A stretch of 64,000 nucleotides of DNA from Macrostomum lignano (GCA_002269645.1 NIVC01001474.1:62001-126000), one strand, 5' to 3'. Counted from the stretch's first letter, positions 28,850-41,300 are shown. The notes: generated from the letters alone by a model not told the origin. Numbers and translations are program-made.

Positions 28850-30548
28850 GCACAGCTGGGGAACTCACAGAGCCATCGTCGCACCATCCTTGTCCAGCTG
28901 GCCTACGACCTACAGCTGGACCTCGTCTCGCTGCAGGAGGTTTCTATCGTGGCTGAGCCGGGGCTCCACTCTGAGGACCTACCTCGGAGCCGGCTGGAGC
29001 CTCCTGTACACGTCGGCAGACAACCGCGGCCGGGGCGGTGTCAGCGTGCTGATCGGATCGCGCCTCCAGCAGAGCGTGCACTGCATCTCGCTGTCCCCGC
29101 GACTGATGCGGGTCGACCTGCGACTTCGCGCCCGCTGCATCCGGCTGTTCTGCGCGTACGCACCCACCGCTGCTAACCCCGAGGAGGCGCGTGCCTTCTT
29201 CGAATTCCTGGCTGGGCAGCTGGAAGAGGTGCCAAACCGCGACACGATGGCAGTGCTCGGAGACCTGAACCCAGTCCCGCCGCGTCACCATGGCTCCGCT
29301 GGCTCTCCGGTCAGACCACCGACTCCTGATCTGCGACTTGCGGCTCCGCGACCAGCTCCACCCGCGTTGGACATCCGCGTGAAGCGTCAATTCGCGGGCG
29401 GCTTCGTCGGCGCGCTTAGAGACCAGCGCGAGGCTGAGTATTCCGACATCAGCACCGCCGTTAGAGCCGCTGCAGAGCAGACGGTCCCGCTGATGCGGCC
29501 AGCGCAGAAATCGCTGCCTGTCTGGCAGAGCGACCTGTCTATCAGGCAGGCGCGGCTCAACTTTGAGCGACTCTGCAGAAACCGGCGACTTACGGGCGAC
29601 ACTGAAGACGCGTTTGAGCGTCTTCTAGATGAGCGGCAGCAGCCTGCTGTCGATGACGCCGTCCGGTACATCACTGCAGCCGGCCCCGACGTGAAGAGCC
29701 GCGCAGTGTGGACGGCCGTCCGGACTCTGACGGGGCGAAAAAAAAGCGCGTGGCGCTGAACCTGGCCGGCGACACCCCGGAGGAGCGCAGGAATGAATTG
29801 CGCGACTTCTTCGCCGGCATTGTGAACGCGCCCGCGTCGCCGCTGCCCGCTAGCTTTGCGCTCCCACTGGACACGCCGCTCCCAACTGAGGAGGACTTCT
29901 GCACCAGACCAGTCGCCACGGAGGACGTTATGCTGTTCGCTCGGAAAACATCAGGCGGCAAGGCGCTCTACCCCGACGAAGTCCCGGTCGAAGCGCTGCG
30001 GCTCCGCTGTGTGGCCTCCCAGGTCACAGGCGTCATGAAGCGCGAGCTCGACGGCGCTCCTGCGCCTACCGAGTAAACCGTCGCGCACATCGTGCCGATC
30101 CCGGCAGGGACAACGCGGAAAGAAGACCACGGCGGGATCTCGCTGATGTCCTGCACCGCGAAGCTCTTCAACCGGCTACTGCTCGATCGTCTGCAGTCGG
30201 TGCTGGACCCGCACCTGCGGTACGAGCAGAACGGATTCCGGCCGCAACGCGGTACAGTGAAACAGATCCTCGCACTCCGCCGTGTCATCGAGGAGGCGCG
30301 CATCCGACAGTCTACGCTGGTCATTGTCTTCGTTGACTTTCGAAAGACGTTTGACTCGGTGTTGAGAGCCGCGCTCCCCTTTGTCCCTCGAGCCTACCGG
30401 GTACCCCAGCAGCTAATCGACGCTGTCATGGCGCTGTACTGCGATACTTGAGCTGCTGTGGTGACGGCGGACGGCCTGTCTGACCTGTTCGACACTTCAT
30501 CAGGAGTTCTGCAGAGTGACACGCTAGCGCCGTTCCTCTTCGGGGTCC
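28850..30548 (+). mobile_element. RTE-clade LINE, 5' part (APE endonuclease plus N-terminal RT), degraded
   Basis: GGVSVLI..RLMRVDL..CAYAPT..VLGDLN (APE); ISLMSCTAKLFNRLLLDRL..EQNGFRPQR..VFVDFRKTFDSV..GVLQSDTLAPFLF (RT); stops and frameshifts. Confidence 0.88.
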
Positions 30549-30549
30549 T

Positions 30550-32364
30550 CTGTCAGTAGGGGATCTGTCAGTAGGGGATCTGTCAGTAGGGGATCTGTCA
30601 GTAGGGGATCTGTCAGTAGCAAGTCTGTCAGTAGAGGATCTTTCAGTAGGGGATCTGTCAGTAGGAGATCTGTCAGTAGGGGATCTGTCAGTAGGGGATC
30701 TGTCAGTAGGGGATCTGTCAGTAGGGATCTGTCAGTAGGAGATCTGTCAGTAGGGGATCTGTCAGTAGCGATTCTGTCAGTAGGGTATCTGTCAGTAGCG
30801 AGTCTGTCAGTAGGGGATCTGTCAGTAGGGGATCTGTCAGTAGGGGATCTGTCAGTAGGGGATCTGTCAGAAGGGGATCTGTCAGTAGGGGATCTGTCAG
30901 TAGGGGATATGTCAGTAGGGGATCTGTCAGTAGGGGATCTGTCAGTAGCGAGTCTGTCAGTAGGGGATCTGTCAGTAGAGGATCTGTCAGTAGGGGATCT
31001 GTCAGTAGGGGATCTGTCAGTAGGGGATCAGTCAGTAGGGGATCTGTCAGTAGGGGATCTGTCAGTAGAGGATCTGTCAGTAGGGGATCTGTCAGTAGGG
31101 GATCAGTCAGTAGCGAGTCTGTCAGTAGGGGATCTGTCAGTAGGGGATCTGTCAGTAGGGGATCTGTCAGTAGGGGATCTGTCAGTAGCGAGTCTGTCAG
31201 TAGGGGATCTGTCAGTAGAGGATCTGTCAGTAGGGGATCTGTCAGTAGGGGATCTGTCAGTAGGGGATCAGTCAGTAGGGGATCTGTCAGTAGGGGATCT
31301 GTCAGTAGGGGATCTGTCAGTAGGGGATCAGTCAGTAGCGAGTCTGTCAGTAGGGGATCTGTCAGTAGGGGATCTGTCAGTAGGGGATCTGTCAGTAGCG
31401 AGTCTGTCAGTAGCGAGTCTGTCAGTAGGGGATCTGTCAGTAGGGGATCTGTCAGTAGGGATCTGTCAGTAGGAGATCTGTCAGTAGGGGATCTGTCAGT
31501 AGCGATTCTGTCAGTAGGGTATCTGTCAGTAGCGAGTCTGTCAGTAGGGGATCTGTCAGTAGGGGATCTGTCAGTAGGGGATCTGTCAGTAGCGAGTCTG
31601 TCAGTAGGGGATCTGTCAGTAGAGGATCTGTCAGTAGGGGATCTGTCAGTAGGGGATCTGTCAGTAGGGGATCAGTCAGTAGGGGATCTGTCAGTAGGGG
31701 ATCTGTCAGTAGAGGATCTGTCAGTAGGGGATCTGTCAGTAGGGGATCAGTCAGTAGCGAGTCTGTCAGTAGGGGATCTGTCAGTAGGGGATCTGTCAGT
31801 AGGGGATCTGTCAGTAGGGGATCTGTCAGTAGCGAGTCTGTCAGTAGGGGATCTGTCAGTAGGGGATCTGTCAGTAGGGATCTGTCAGTAGGAGATCTGT
31901 CAGTAGGGGATCTGTCAGTAGCGATTCTGTCAGTAGGGTATCTGTCAGTAGCGAGTCTGTCAGTAGGGGATCTGTCAGTAGGGGATCTGTCAGAAGGGGA
32001 TCTGTCAGTAGGGGATCTGTCAGTAGGGGATCTGTCAGTAGGGGATCTGTCAGTAGGGGATCTGTCAGTAGCGAGTCTGTCAGTAGGGGATCTGTCAGTA
32101 GAGGATCTGTCAGTAGGGGATCTGTCAGTAGGGGATCTGTCAGTAGGGGATCTGTCAGTAGGGGATCTGTCAGTAGGGGATCTGTCAGTAGAGGATCTGT
32201 CAGTAGGGGATCTGTCAGTAGCGAGTCTGTCAGTAGGGGATCTGTCAGTAGGGGATCTGTCAGTAGGGGATCTGTCAGTAGGGGATCTGTCAGTAGCGAG
32301 TCTGTCAGTAGGGGATCTGTCAGTAGGGGATCTGTCAGTAGGGGATCTGTCAGTAGGAATCTGT
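30550..32364. repeat. 15-bp satellite GTCAGTAGGGGATCT, ~120 units
   Basis: Direct reading; same family at 47915-48238, 16150-16180 (reverse) and 40078-40096. Confidence 0.97.
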
Positions 32365-32981
32365 CCTCTGTGCGCAAATTCGCGGATAGCTAAATACTTT
32401 CAGAAAGTAAAAAAACATATTTCATATTTCATATTCACAAGTTACGGACGGAAAGTGGCTGCATATAGTTAATATCTTCTAGAAGCAAACAGAAAGCAGC
32501 AGCTCCTGTGTCAAGACAGACCGCATCAGATTCAATCTACACTTCTGTTACGCTGCAGCTCTTGCCAAACAAATTCAACCACGGATGTCGAACTTCCGGT
32601 CAACCGGAAGCTGCGAAATTCAGATGTGCATTTAGTGCGGTGCCAGCTGATCGCAGTGTGGGGTTCTTTGCGGTCATCTGAAAAACTGACCGGAAACTTT
32701 CAACATACTGCGGTTAGCGGCAGCTCTCGGTGAGTCAATGCTGCAGATTGGAATATGAGATGGTTGCAGAGCGGTGGCTTCATCAGCAGTCAACTCTGAT
32801 GCACTGCACTTTCCTACTGTAATTCTTGTTTTAAAAGTCTTCACCAAATTAGGAAAGACAGAGTTGCCAAGTTATTAAAACGGTGTTATTTTCATTTACC
32901 TTTGGCTTCGTCAAATCTTAAAGAATAAAAGCTGTTTAAGGGATATCCTGAGCTGCCACGAAGTTAATAGCAGTTTCGGTC

Positions 32982-35114
32982 ATGTCTACAGGTGGAGGCG
33001 ATACAGTTCCCTTGGTTAATGGGACTGTGGGGCCACCGACCGACAGCACCGACAACAGAGACACATTTTGGGTTAAGTTCGGCCTGTTAATCGTCTGCAC
33101 TGCGATTGCAGCACTAGTGAGTTTACCTTTTATCATAGAAGACAACAACCTGGAGAGAAGTGTCAAGAATTGTGCTGACTACAGCCCTTTGGTGTCGCCA
33201 ATAATTCGTTTAGTCCTAATAGTCTTGGCTCTGCTCTCGCTGTTATATCAGTTGCTTTGCAAAAAATGTGCCAGTATAAGAGTGCCAAATGAAGGCAACA
33301 GAAACAAACATTGGTCGCCTAATGAGGTCTTAGACTGTATTCCTGAGCTGGACTGGCACGCTTCCATGCCTTCCACATTCCTGCTGACCGTCTGCATTCT
33401 GCTAGGCCTTTTCGATGTCGTTGGAAAGGGAATAAAATTTATTGACGGTATTATCCAGCTCACAAGCGATAGAAACGACTGCTGGCTTCCAAATTTCTGG
33501 TGGACACTTGACAAGTTTGTGATTCCATTCCTACAAGTCGCGTTCACTATACTCCAAACCATATTCTTCGCAGTGTGTGGCAACCGAAGTCCAAACAAAT
33601 TTTCTGCTATTTTATTCTCCGTTCTAATGGCCCCTCTAATCGCCACCAACTTGGCGTCTTGGTTCTCAAGCGTTAACTCTGAAGTTCTGGAACACTTTAA
33701 GAATCATAATCATTCAAAAAGCAATAATTCTGTGGCAAACACAATTCTGCCATATATTTTTCCATTTAGCGCTGAATACTCCATTCTCTGCACCATTTTC
33801 GGCCTGTTCTGTTGGATCAACATCGGGCATTTAACTAAACTGTTGCGCGAGCATCCTGTTAATAATGAAGACGATTTGCAGCAACTGCTGAGCCAAAATT
33901 CGCACGATCGTGCAGTGGTACCTGACACTGTGGCTCACTATTGGTGCGGCTTGGGGTTTGGCCTGTTCCCAACGACAGCTGCTATCATCACCATCTTATT
34001 TTTCTGGTCTCTTAACCAGACGGATCAGTACACCTTATTCTACAGTGTTTTGATGGGCTTGCACTTTGCCAATACGATTGCTTTGGTTTTTTTTCTTAGG
34101 GTTGGTCATCAGAATCAGAGCTCCACCGATCAGCAGCCTCGAAGAAGTCACGGAATCGACATCTTACTGTTGTGCACTGCTGCAGTATGCGACACAGTCT
34201 ACAACCTATTTTTATTTGTATACAACGTTAAGAGCATTGGAGATCCCACACAAGTTAATTTCGATGGTTCATCCGCCAACAACTCGGCTCCATTCATTGC
34301 GGCTTTGGTAGATCTGGTATTTTGTATTGCAGACAGCGGCTTGCAATTAATAGTACTGATTCTGGCGCTCAACTACTGGACATTCCGTGCCAATTCAAAT
34401 CTCAACGGGCTAAAGCAGTGTTCGGTCGCCATGATGCTAATAAACTTCTCACAGTGGCTGATGTTCACTTTTTGCAGCTCCGAAATGATCGTCGACACAG
34501 ATTCTGTAAAGACTGGGATCCCATCCGCAACGCTATTTGTGTCAATGCTGTGCTCACCGTTCTCAATATTTTACAGATTTCACAGTGTCGGCTGCTTATA
34601 CGAGATCAGAGGACACCTGGCACAGGTGGAATTGACGCGAGGAAATACGACCAACCATGGTACTAATCGCCATCACGATGCTACTGGCAGCCATCATGAT
34701 GCTGCTGTCAGCCATCACGATGCTGCTGTCAGCCATCACGATGCTGCTGTCAGCCATCACGATGCTGCTGTCAGCCATCACGATGCTGCCGATGCTGCTG
34801 TCAGCCATCACGATGCTGCCGATGCTGCTGTCAGCCATCACGATGCTGCTGTCAGCCATCACGATGCTGCTGTAAGCCATCACGATGCTGCTTTCAGCCA
34901 TCACGATGCTGCTTTCAGCCATCACGATGCTGCTTTCAGCCATCACGATGCTGCTTTCAGCCATCACGATGCTGCTTTCAGCCATCACGATGCTGCTTTC
35001 AGCCATCACGATGCTGCTTTCAGCCATCACGATGCTGCTTTCAGCCATCACGATGCTGCTTTCAGCCATCACGATGCTGCTGTCAGCCATCACGATGCTG
35101 CTAGCATTGTGTGA
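32982..35114 (+). CDS. Otopetrin-family proton channel, copy C, intronless, 710 aa with His-rich repeat tail
   Basis: Twelve hydrophobic segments; otopetrin motifs LIATNLASW, PYIFPFSAEYS, LINFSQW and IFYRFHSVGCLYEI. Confidence 0.88.
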   Translation: MSTGGGDTVPLVNGTVGPPTDSTDNRDTFWVKFGLLIVCTAIAALVSLPFIIEDNNLERSVKNCADYSPLVSPIIRLVLIVLALLSLLYQLLCKKCASIRVPNEGNRNKHWSPNEVLDCIPELDWHASMPSTFLLTVCILLGLFDVVGKGIKFIDGIIQLTSDRNDCWLPNFWWTLDKFVIPFLQVAFTILQTIFFAVCGNRSPNKFSAILFSVLMAPLIATNLASWFSSVNSEVLEHFKNHNHSKSNNSVANTILPYIFPFSAEYSILCTIFGLFCWINIGHLTKLLREHPVNNEDDLQQLLSQNSHDRAVVPDTVAHYWCGLGFGLFPTTAAIITILFFWSLNQTDQYTLFYSVLMGLHFANTIALVFFLRVGHQNQSSTDQQPRRSHGIDILLLCTAAVCDTVYNLFLFVYNVKSIGDPTQVNFDGSSANNSAPFIAALVDLVFCIADSGLQLIVLILALNYWTFRANSNLNGLKQCSVAMMLINFSQWLMFTFCSSEMIVDTDSVKTGIPSATLFVSMLCSPFSIFYRFHSVGCLYEIRGHLAQVELTRGNTTNHGTNRHHDATGSHHDAAVSHHDAAVSHHDAAVSHHDAAVSHHDAADAAVSHHDAADAAVSHHDAAVSHHDAAVSHHDAAFSHHDAAFSHHDAAFSHHDAAFSHHDAAFSHHDAAFSHHDAAFSHHDAAFSHHDAAFSHHDAAVSHHDAASIV
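34670..35105 (+). repeat. Coding 21-bp repeat (SHHDAAV/F)n
   Basis: CAGCCATCACGATGCTGCTGT/TTT x ~20, in frame with the otopetrin ORF. Confidence 0.95.
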
Positions 35115-35974
35115 TTTACTGGGTCCCTCGAGTACTCCAACTTGAAGCACCCAGACTAGTGGCAAGATGGTTTCACGATAAGTTTGCATAAAAATGCAAA
35201 GTACACCAATTTGATTGCTAGATTCCTATACATACGGAATGGATATGCCAAGATTCTCAGTGAATTCAGAGTGCTTTAGTTTTCCCTTGCGTATAGGAAC
35301 TAGCAAAAATTACAGACTTTAACCGTTACAAATATGAAATGTTTTTTACAATAGCTTTTTTTCTAATTTTAATGATAAAAAAATCTTGTAACCACTTTTT
35401 AATGCTTTTATCTTTTTAAAAGGATGTTCACCAGAAGACTTTTTACTATGATTACTATTTTTTAACTGTGTCGAACTTGTTCATTCAGAAACTCTGTTTA
35501 ACTTCGACTTTTTTGTTTGCGTACTCTTATATTTATGTTTATTACAAAGTTAATTATAGATATATATTTGAGGCTTGCCATGATACAATACTAAGGTAAT
35601 AACATTTTTTCCTCTTTTCTGTCCATATAAAACTTACTTTGCGTTACAATACTGAATACTTATGAAATAGAATTTCACTATAAAATGGTCAAATGATCTG
35701 TGACCTAATTATGCGTCACTGCTCGGATCGAATAATTAAATGCTTTTTTTAAAACTGATTTTTTTCACTTCGGGCTTCCCGGATGTTTCCGTCATTGACT
35801 CATTGCATCAAAAGCTCTCAGCCGCGAGTTGAAGCCTGAGGGCCAGCAGTTGAGCAGGTGGGGATTGGCCTTGGCACAGAGGAGCAGTGCATGCAGTGCT
35901 GAGGAATAAAGATGAGCAGCCTCAGCACCATTGAACTGAAGCGTCAGTTGGAATGAACTCGGGTCTACTAGTTA

Positions 35975-36440
35975 ACCAGCCAGACATTTGCCAGCCAGAC
36001 ATTTGCCAGCCAGACATTTGCCAGCCAGACATTTGCTGCCAGACATTTGCCAGCCAGACATTTACCAGACAGACATTTGCCAGACAGACATTTGCCAGAT
36101 AGACATTTGCCAGACAGACATTTGCCAGACAGACATTTGCCAGACAGAAATTTGCCAGACAGACATTTGCCAGCCAGACATTTGCCAGATAGACATTTGC
36201 CAGACAGACATTTGCCAGATAGACATTTGCCAGACAGACATTTGCCAGCCAGACATTTGCCAGATAGACATTTGCCAGACAGACATTTGCCAGATAGACA
36301 TTTGCCAGACAGACATTTGCCAGATAGACATTTGCCAGACAGACATTTGCCAGATAGACATTTGCCAGACAGACATTTGCCAGACAGAAATTTGCCAGAC
36401 GGACATTTGCCAGACAGACATTTGCCAGACAGACATTTGA
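35975..36440. repeat. 15-bp minisatellite (TTTGCCAGACAGACA family)
   Basis: About 30 units directly upstream of the gypsy relic. Confidence 0.95.
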
Positions 36441-36860
36441 CAGCCACTGCGGGACCTACTGAAGGCCAAGAATGACTTCGTCTGGAGTCAGCAGCATCAT
36501 GAAGCGTTCCAAAAGATAACGAGAGAGGTGAGCAGTGTCCCTACGATTTCCTTTTATGATCAACTTCTTATCTACCTCTCTTATCTGCATTGCACACGGA
36601 TGCTTACAGACCAAACTGTCTCCCCTTTACCCTGAAGCAGAAGCAGAGCGGCTGCTCATGGCGAGTCATCCAGGCCGGCTCAAGATTAGTATCGGAAATC
36701 GAGCGTCGCTACGCAATGATCGAGCTTGAACTGCCGGCTGTTGCTTGGGCAGTGAAAAGAGATGTCTTTTTCTCAAAGGATCTTAAACAAATACACTTTG
36801 GACCAGATCGAAAACCCAAAGTGGCAGCTACTGTCTCTAAGGCCATACTGCAGAAAGCGT
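36440..36860 (+). mobile_element. Ty3/gypsy pol relic (paralog of 3200-3660)
   Basis: PLRDLLKAKNDFVWSQQH, YAMIELELPAVAWAVK. Confidence 0.8.
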
Positions 36861-36861
36861 G

Positions 36862-38700
36862 GGAACAACAACAACAAAATATGTTGTCAGTCAGTCAGCA
36901 GACACGTTTCAAGGCCTGGGCGCGAACGCAGGCCGCACCGCCGGCAGTGTCCGGGGCGCCGGCATCAGCCAGCAGGCAGTCTACGAAACGCCGAGTGCGC
37001 GCCTGCCCCCGCCGGTAGTGTGCCTGCAGCGTCAGCAGCAGCACCTCCTATAAGAGTTAGAAATCTGAAGTTTTAACCCTAAGTTAGAAGATAGAAATTT
37101 ATGAAATGTACAGGCGCAGTGAAGGGCGAGGCAGAAGAGCACAATGGAACCCCTAGATAGCTATTAGAAGGGCAAACAGAAGCAGCTTTACGATAATTAA
37201 TCAACTGTCAAGTCAATTTGAATAGCCGAATCTAATAAAGCCCCCTACCATTCCAGTCAGTAGCGTCACCCCGCCGCAGGCACAAATGGCGCTCAAACCG
37301 GCTGGGAGAAGCAAGCTGAGCAGCGGCCTGACTTAGAGAACAACGCGGCACGCGGCAGATTCTGGCGCACCCTGATGGAGAAAACGTGAGGCTCACCTAC
37401 AGATTCCTACCCAACCTGAACCGACCCAAGAAGGCGAGATCAACTCCAAACAGCTTGACAACCGAGAGAGAGAGGACTGTTTAATCATCCTTGGACAGAG
37501 TGAAGAGACGGAAAATTAAGCTCTTTTTCTACAATATTTCTATCCCAAATTTTATCCAACTCAACACATAGATTTGCGAAAGCCCGAATAATCTCTAACC
37601 CTCACACTTAGCAACCTACTAGAACTAACTAAATTCGTGTACAACTAGGGGACTGAGTCCCAGATTTGTATTGCTTAAAACCCCCGCCGTTGCTAACCAC
37701 GCGAAGACACTCCACCGGCGGTGGGGGAGGTCAAAAATTCTAATTGGTATAAATAGACGCCCATCTCAAACTGGAGCGGCGCTTCGTTTTTTCTTGCGCA
37801 GTTTTCGATCTCGAATTGCTCCCTTTGAATTGGTCTCTGGATTATCCAGTTGGCACAAATCTAAGTCTTCAATACAGTTATTTGTCTTAATTGTCACGCA
37901 GAGCAAGTCCTAGAAAGAATCAATCTCAGCTTAGATACTAGGAGATCCCGTCAGTTTATACGGTTTTCTCTGACGGCCTGATTGGAGAGATTAGAGCTGT
38001 AAGAACCTTAGACCGCTAGACATCTATCTTACGAAAGTGAGAACACAAACTCAAAGGCCCCAGAGAAAAACGCGTATACCTCCTGCACCGGCTGTGGGCA
38101 GAACTCGCTTGTAGCCGACCTTGAAGGCGGCGCGCAGCAGGCCAGCGTGTGCTGCATCGACCAGCTGTTCGAGCGAATCTGTCAGCATCCAGGTCTCGGC
38201 GTTATACATTACAGGTACAACAGAACGGTCTCGATCACCGCCTGTAACAACGCCGCCCTCTGGCGGTCGGGCAGGGCCTCAGAATGCAGGACAGCCTTCG
38301 CGGAACGGAAGGCAGCCCAGGCAAGTCCACTACGACGTCACAGGTCCTCGCGAACGTCAGGCACCAGACAAACTGCTGACAGCATGGAAGCTTCGTCACC
38401 TGCTCGTCGACGCCTCGGTAGAAAATTGCAACCTCGATGTCGTCCGGCACGCAGAGCACGACGGTCTTCTGTATGTTGACTACCAGGCCGACGCTCGCCG
38501 CAACGCTCACCAGCCGGTCCAGCTGGCGTTGGCCGCCCTCGACAGTCGAGGACAGCAGGGCGAGGTCATCGGCGTAGCCAAGCACACTGAGCCGCCTTTC
38601 CGGTTGGCGTCGACCCACGCGTCGCTGCAGCAGAAAGCTATCGTCGTCAGAAGAGAGGGTAGTCCGCAGCACCCAGTCAAGCACCATGCGAGGACGACTA
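36862..38700 (-). mobile_element. RTE-clade LINE 3' part, interrupted by a 1030-bp insertion
   Basis: VLDWVLR...LGYADDLALLS (YADD catalytic box) at 38690-38500; 3' end with (TTG)n tail at ~36865. Confidence 0.85.
37049..38078. mobile_element. Solo-LTR-like or unclassified insertion, 1030 bp
   Basis: CCTCC target-site duplication (37044-37048, 38079-38083); insert starts and ends with TATA; RTE sequence resumes seamlessly. Confidence 0.65.
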
Positions 38701-38729
38701 AAGTAACATATCTACTTAAGTAGTCCTTG

Positions 38730-39945
38730 GCACCAGGACGGGCAGAAACGGCGCAATCGTATTCCTCTGAGCATGGAAGTACGCTCTTGATGAAAAACTA
38801 ATGCTGGTTGGAAAGGGATTATTGATACCGATAGTGATAGGACAAGAGCTGCTGGAACACCTGAAAAGTACGCACCATGGAGTAGCAAAATGAAAGAGAG
38901 CGGGCATGTGATTTTATTGTCCTGGTATTGAGAACGAAATTGTGAATGTAGCAAAACACTTTGTAAGATGTAAGGACCTTCCGAGTCAGCAGAAGCAACC
39001 AATGCAAAGGAGAGAAGAGCCCGACAGTCTTCCAGCACCTTCGCATTGATCTGTTCGAATTTGTAGGGAAGAATTTCCTGGTGACAGCCGATGGAAAGTC
39101 CGGATGGGTGACGCTTGACAGTCTGGATTGTCACACGCCAACATACAAAATTATAAAATCCTTGAGGCAGCGATTTTACCAGAAGGAGTTTCTGACGTCA
39201 TTTCGAGCGACAACGGACCGCAATTTGCGGCAAAGCCATTCCAGCGATTCCTGGAACGATGGGAAGTCGAGTGGGACGTCATCTCCAAGCTATCCAAAGA
39301 CGGTCATCTCAAAGGCGGAGGCCGCAGTGAAAGCCATGAAAAATTTATGAGAGGCAGCTGGAATCCAGACTACGTGAGCCAGACTGGAAGAAACGGAGAA
39401 AACAACTCCTGATCAACATCAATTCACATCTATACGAGGGCCAGTCACCAGCACAGTCTTCGAACACCCGGTCAAGGACACTTTACCGATTCACACAGGC
39501 GTGCGTTTGCCAAGGAGTAACAAGCAGCTGATGGAGTAGAAGCAGGGGCGGGCAGTTTCCAGGCAACAACACTGCATAACATCTGAAAAGGAGTTACGTA
39601 AACTCAAGGTGGCTGACCGTGTGGCAATTCAAGACTCACAGACCAGGAAGTGGGACCGCAACGGAATGATCGTTGAAGTAATGCGGAACAATGACTTCCT
39701 ATTTGGACAAACCAGTGGAAGAGTCCTGCGCAGGAACCAGAGATTGCTGGCGAGGCGATTGCCAGTGAGGGTTGAAAAGCAACAATGGAAGCCAGAACTA
39801 CAAGGCACAGAGCTAGGGTCCAGAGGAATCGAGCAGAACAAACCTCGAATCAGGAGACCCCCGGAGAGGATCCAAGTCGAACCCTTCACAAAAAGTCTTA
39901 CACTGTTTACGTGAACAATTTGATTTAAAAAGGGGGAGATGAGGG
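38730..39945 (+). mobile_element. Ty3/gypsy integrase and 3' end relic with polypurine tract
   Basis: HHG..C..C zinc finger remnants, SDNGPQF, SSPSYPK..KAEAAVKAMK; AAAAGGGGGAGA|TG at ~39928-39940. Confidence 0.8.
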
Positions 39946-41124
39946 CTGCTGAATTAAAAGGGTGAGATTTTGCATTGTTTTACTCGTATATTTTAGACGA
40001 AAAAACCCAAAAATATTGGACTCAAGCTCTCAGGTGAGAGGGCTAAGTTTGCTCAACTCGCATCGCAACAAGAGAATCTGTCAGTAGGGAATCTGGCAGT
40101 TTGGGATTTCTATTGAGACACACCGCATCCATCAGGTGCGCAAAGTTACGGATAGGTAAATACTTAAAGAAATTAAAAAATCATATTTACATTTTTCATA
40201 TTTACAACGCAACACTGCAGTCGCACAACCCAACCACGGACAGAAAATGGCTGCATAGTCAATATCTTTTGGAAAGAAACAGAAAACAGTGGCTCCTGTC
40301 AATACGGACCACATCACATTCAATCTACACCTCTGTTGCGCTGCAGCTCTTTCCAAACAAATTCCACCTCACGGGGTTGTTTTACGAACTGCGTCTTAAG
40401 ACTGACTCCTAAGTTCCAACTTAGACTCGAACTTAAGACTGAGCCGTAAACCCATTTACTTAGGAGTCACTTCTAACCTCGATCTTAGCTAAGGTCAAGC
40501 TTTGGTTATGGACGAGAAAGTTTAAGATTGGGTTGACCATGGACAAATTCCGCATTTCGTCAAACTTTAGCCGTTTTATATATGCCTTATTTTAGCCAGC
40601 AGAGACACTGTTACGGCTTATATTACTCCTTGTTCATTGAGTTTATTTTGCATTGCAAATCACATTCGAATGGCTGATAAAAGAAGACCTAATTTTAGTC
40701 AGAAAGAGATTGAGAAATGAACGTCGTCCCCAGCGGTTGAAGCCAAACCCGAGGAATCCTTTGCATCTTAAGATTGAAATTTGGTTCGTAAAACACCGCC
40801 CAGATGTTGAACTTCCGGTCAACCGGAAGCTGAGAGCTACAAAACTGCATTTGGTGCGATGCCCCTGATCGCGGCGGGTTCTTCTGCTGCATCTCAAAAC
40901 AAGAGACTGCGCTGCTTTATCAAAGTTAGCCATCTGCAGGACTGACCGGAAGCGTTCAACCTACATGTAACTTGGTTTGGGGCTGCCCTCAGTAAATCAA
41001 TGCTGCAGATTTGAATGTATATTTGGTGCTAGAGAGGAGGCTTTCTCAGCCACAGCTGCGCAACTGCTCGAGAATTTTGTATCTGAGGAAAACTTTGGGC
41101 ATGGAGTGCAAAGTTCACCGATTC

Positions 41125-41300
41125 CTCTTTGCCTCCCTGACTCCTCTCTGCCTCCCTGACTCCTCTGTGCCTCCCTGACTCCTCTGTGCCTCCCTGACTC
41201 CTCTGTGCCTCTCTGACTCCTCTCTGCCTCCCTGACTCCTCTCTGCCTCCCTGACTCCTCTGTGCCTCCCTGACTCCTCTCTGCCTCCCTGACTCCTTCG
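41125..41300. repeat. 19-bp minisatellite
   Basis: CTCCCTGACTCCTCTCTGC x ~9; three-unit version at ~42460-42520. Confidence 0.9.

Noticed and set aside
28785-29759. 324-aa ORF as a host gene
   Set aside because: It is the frameshifted APE endonuclease region of the RTE element.
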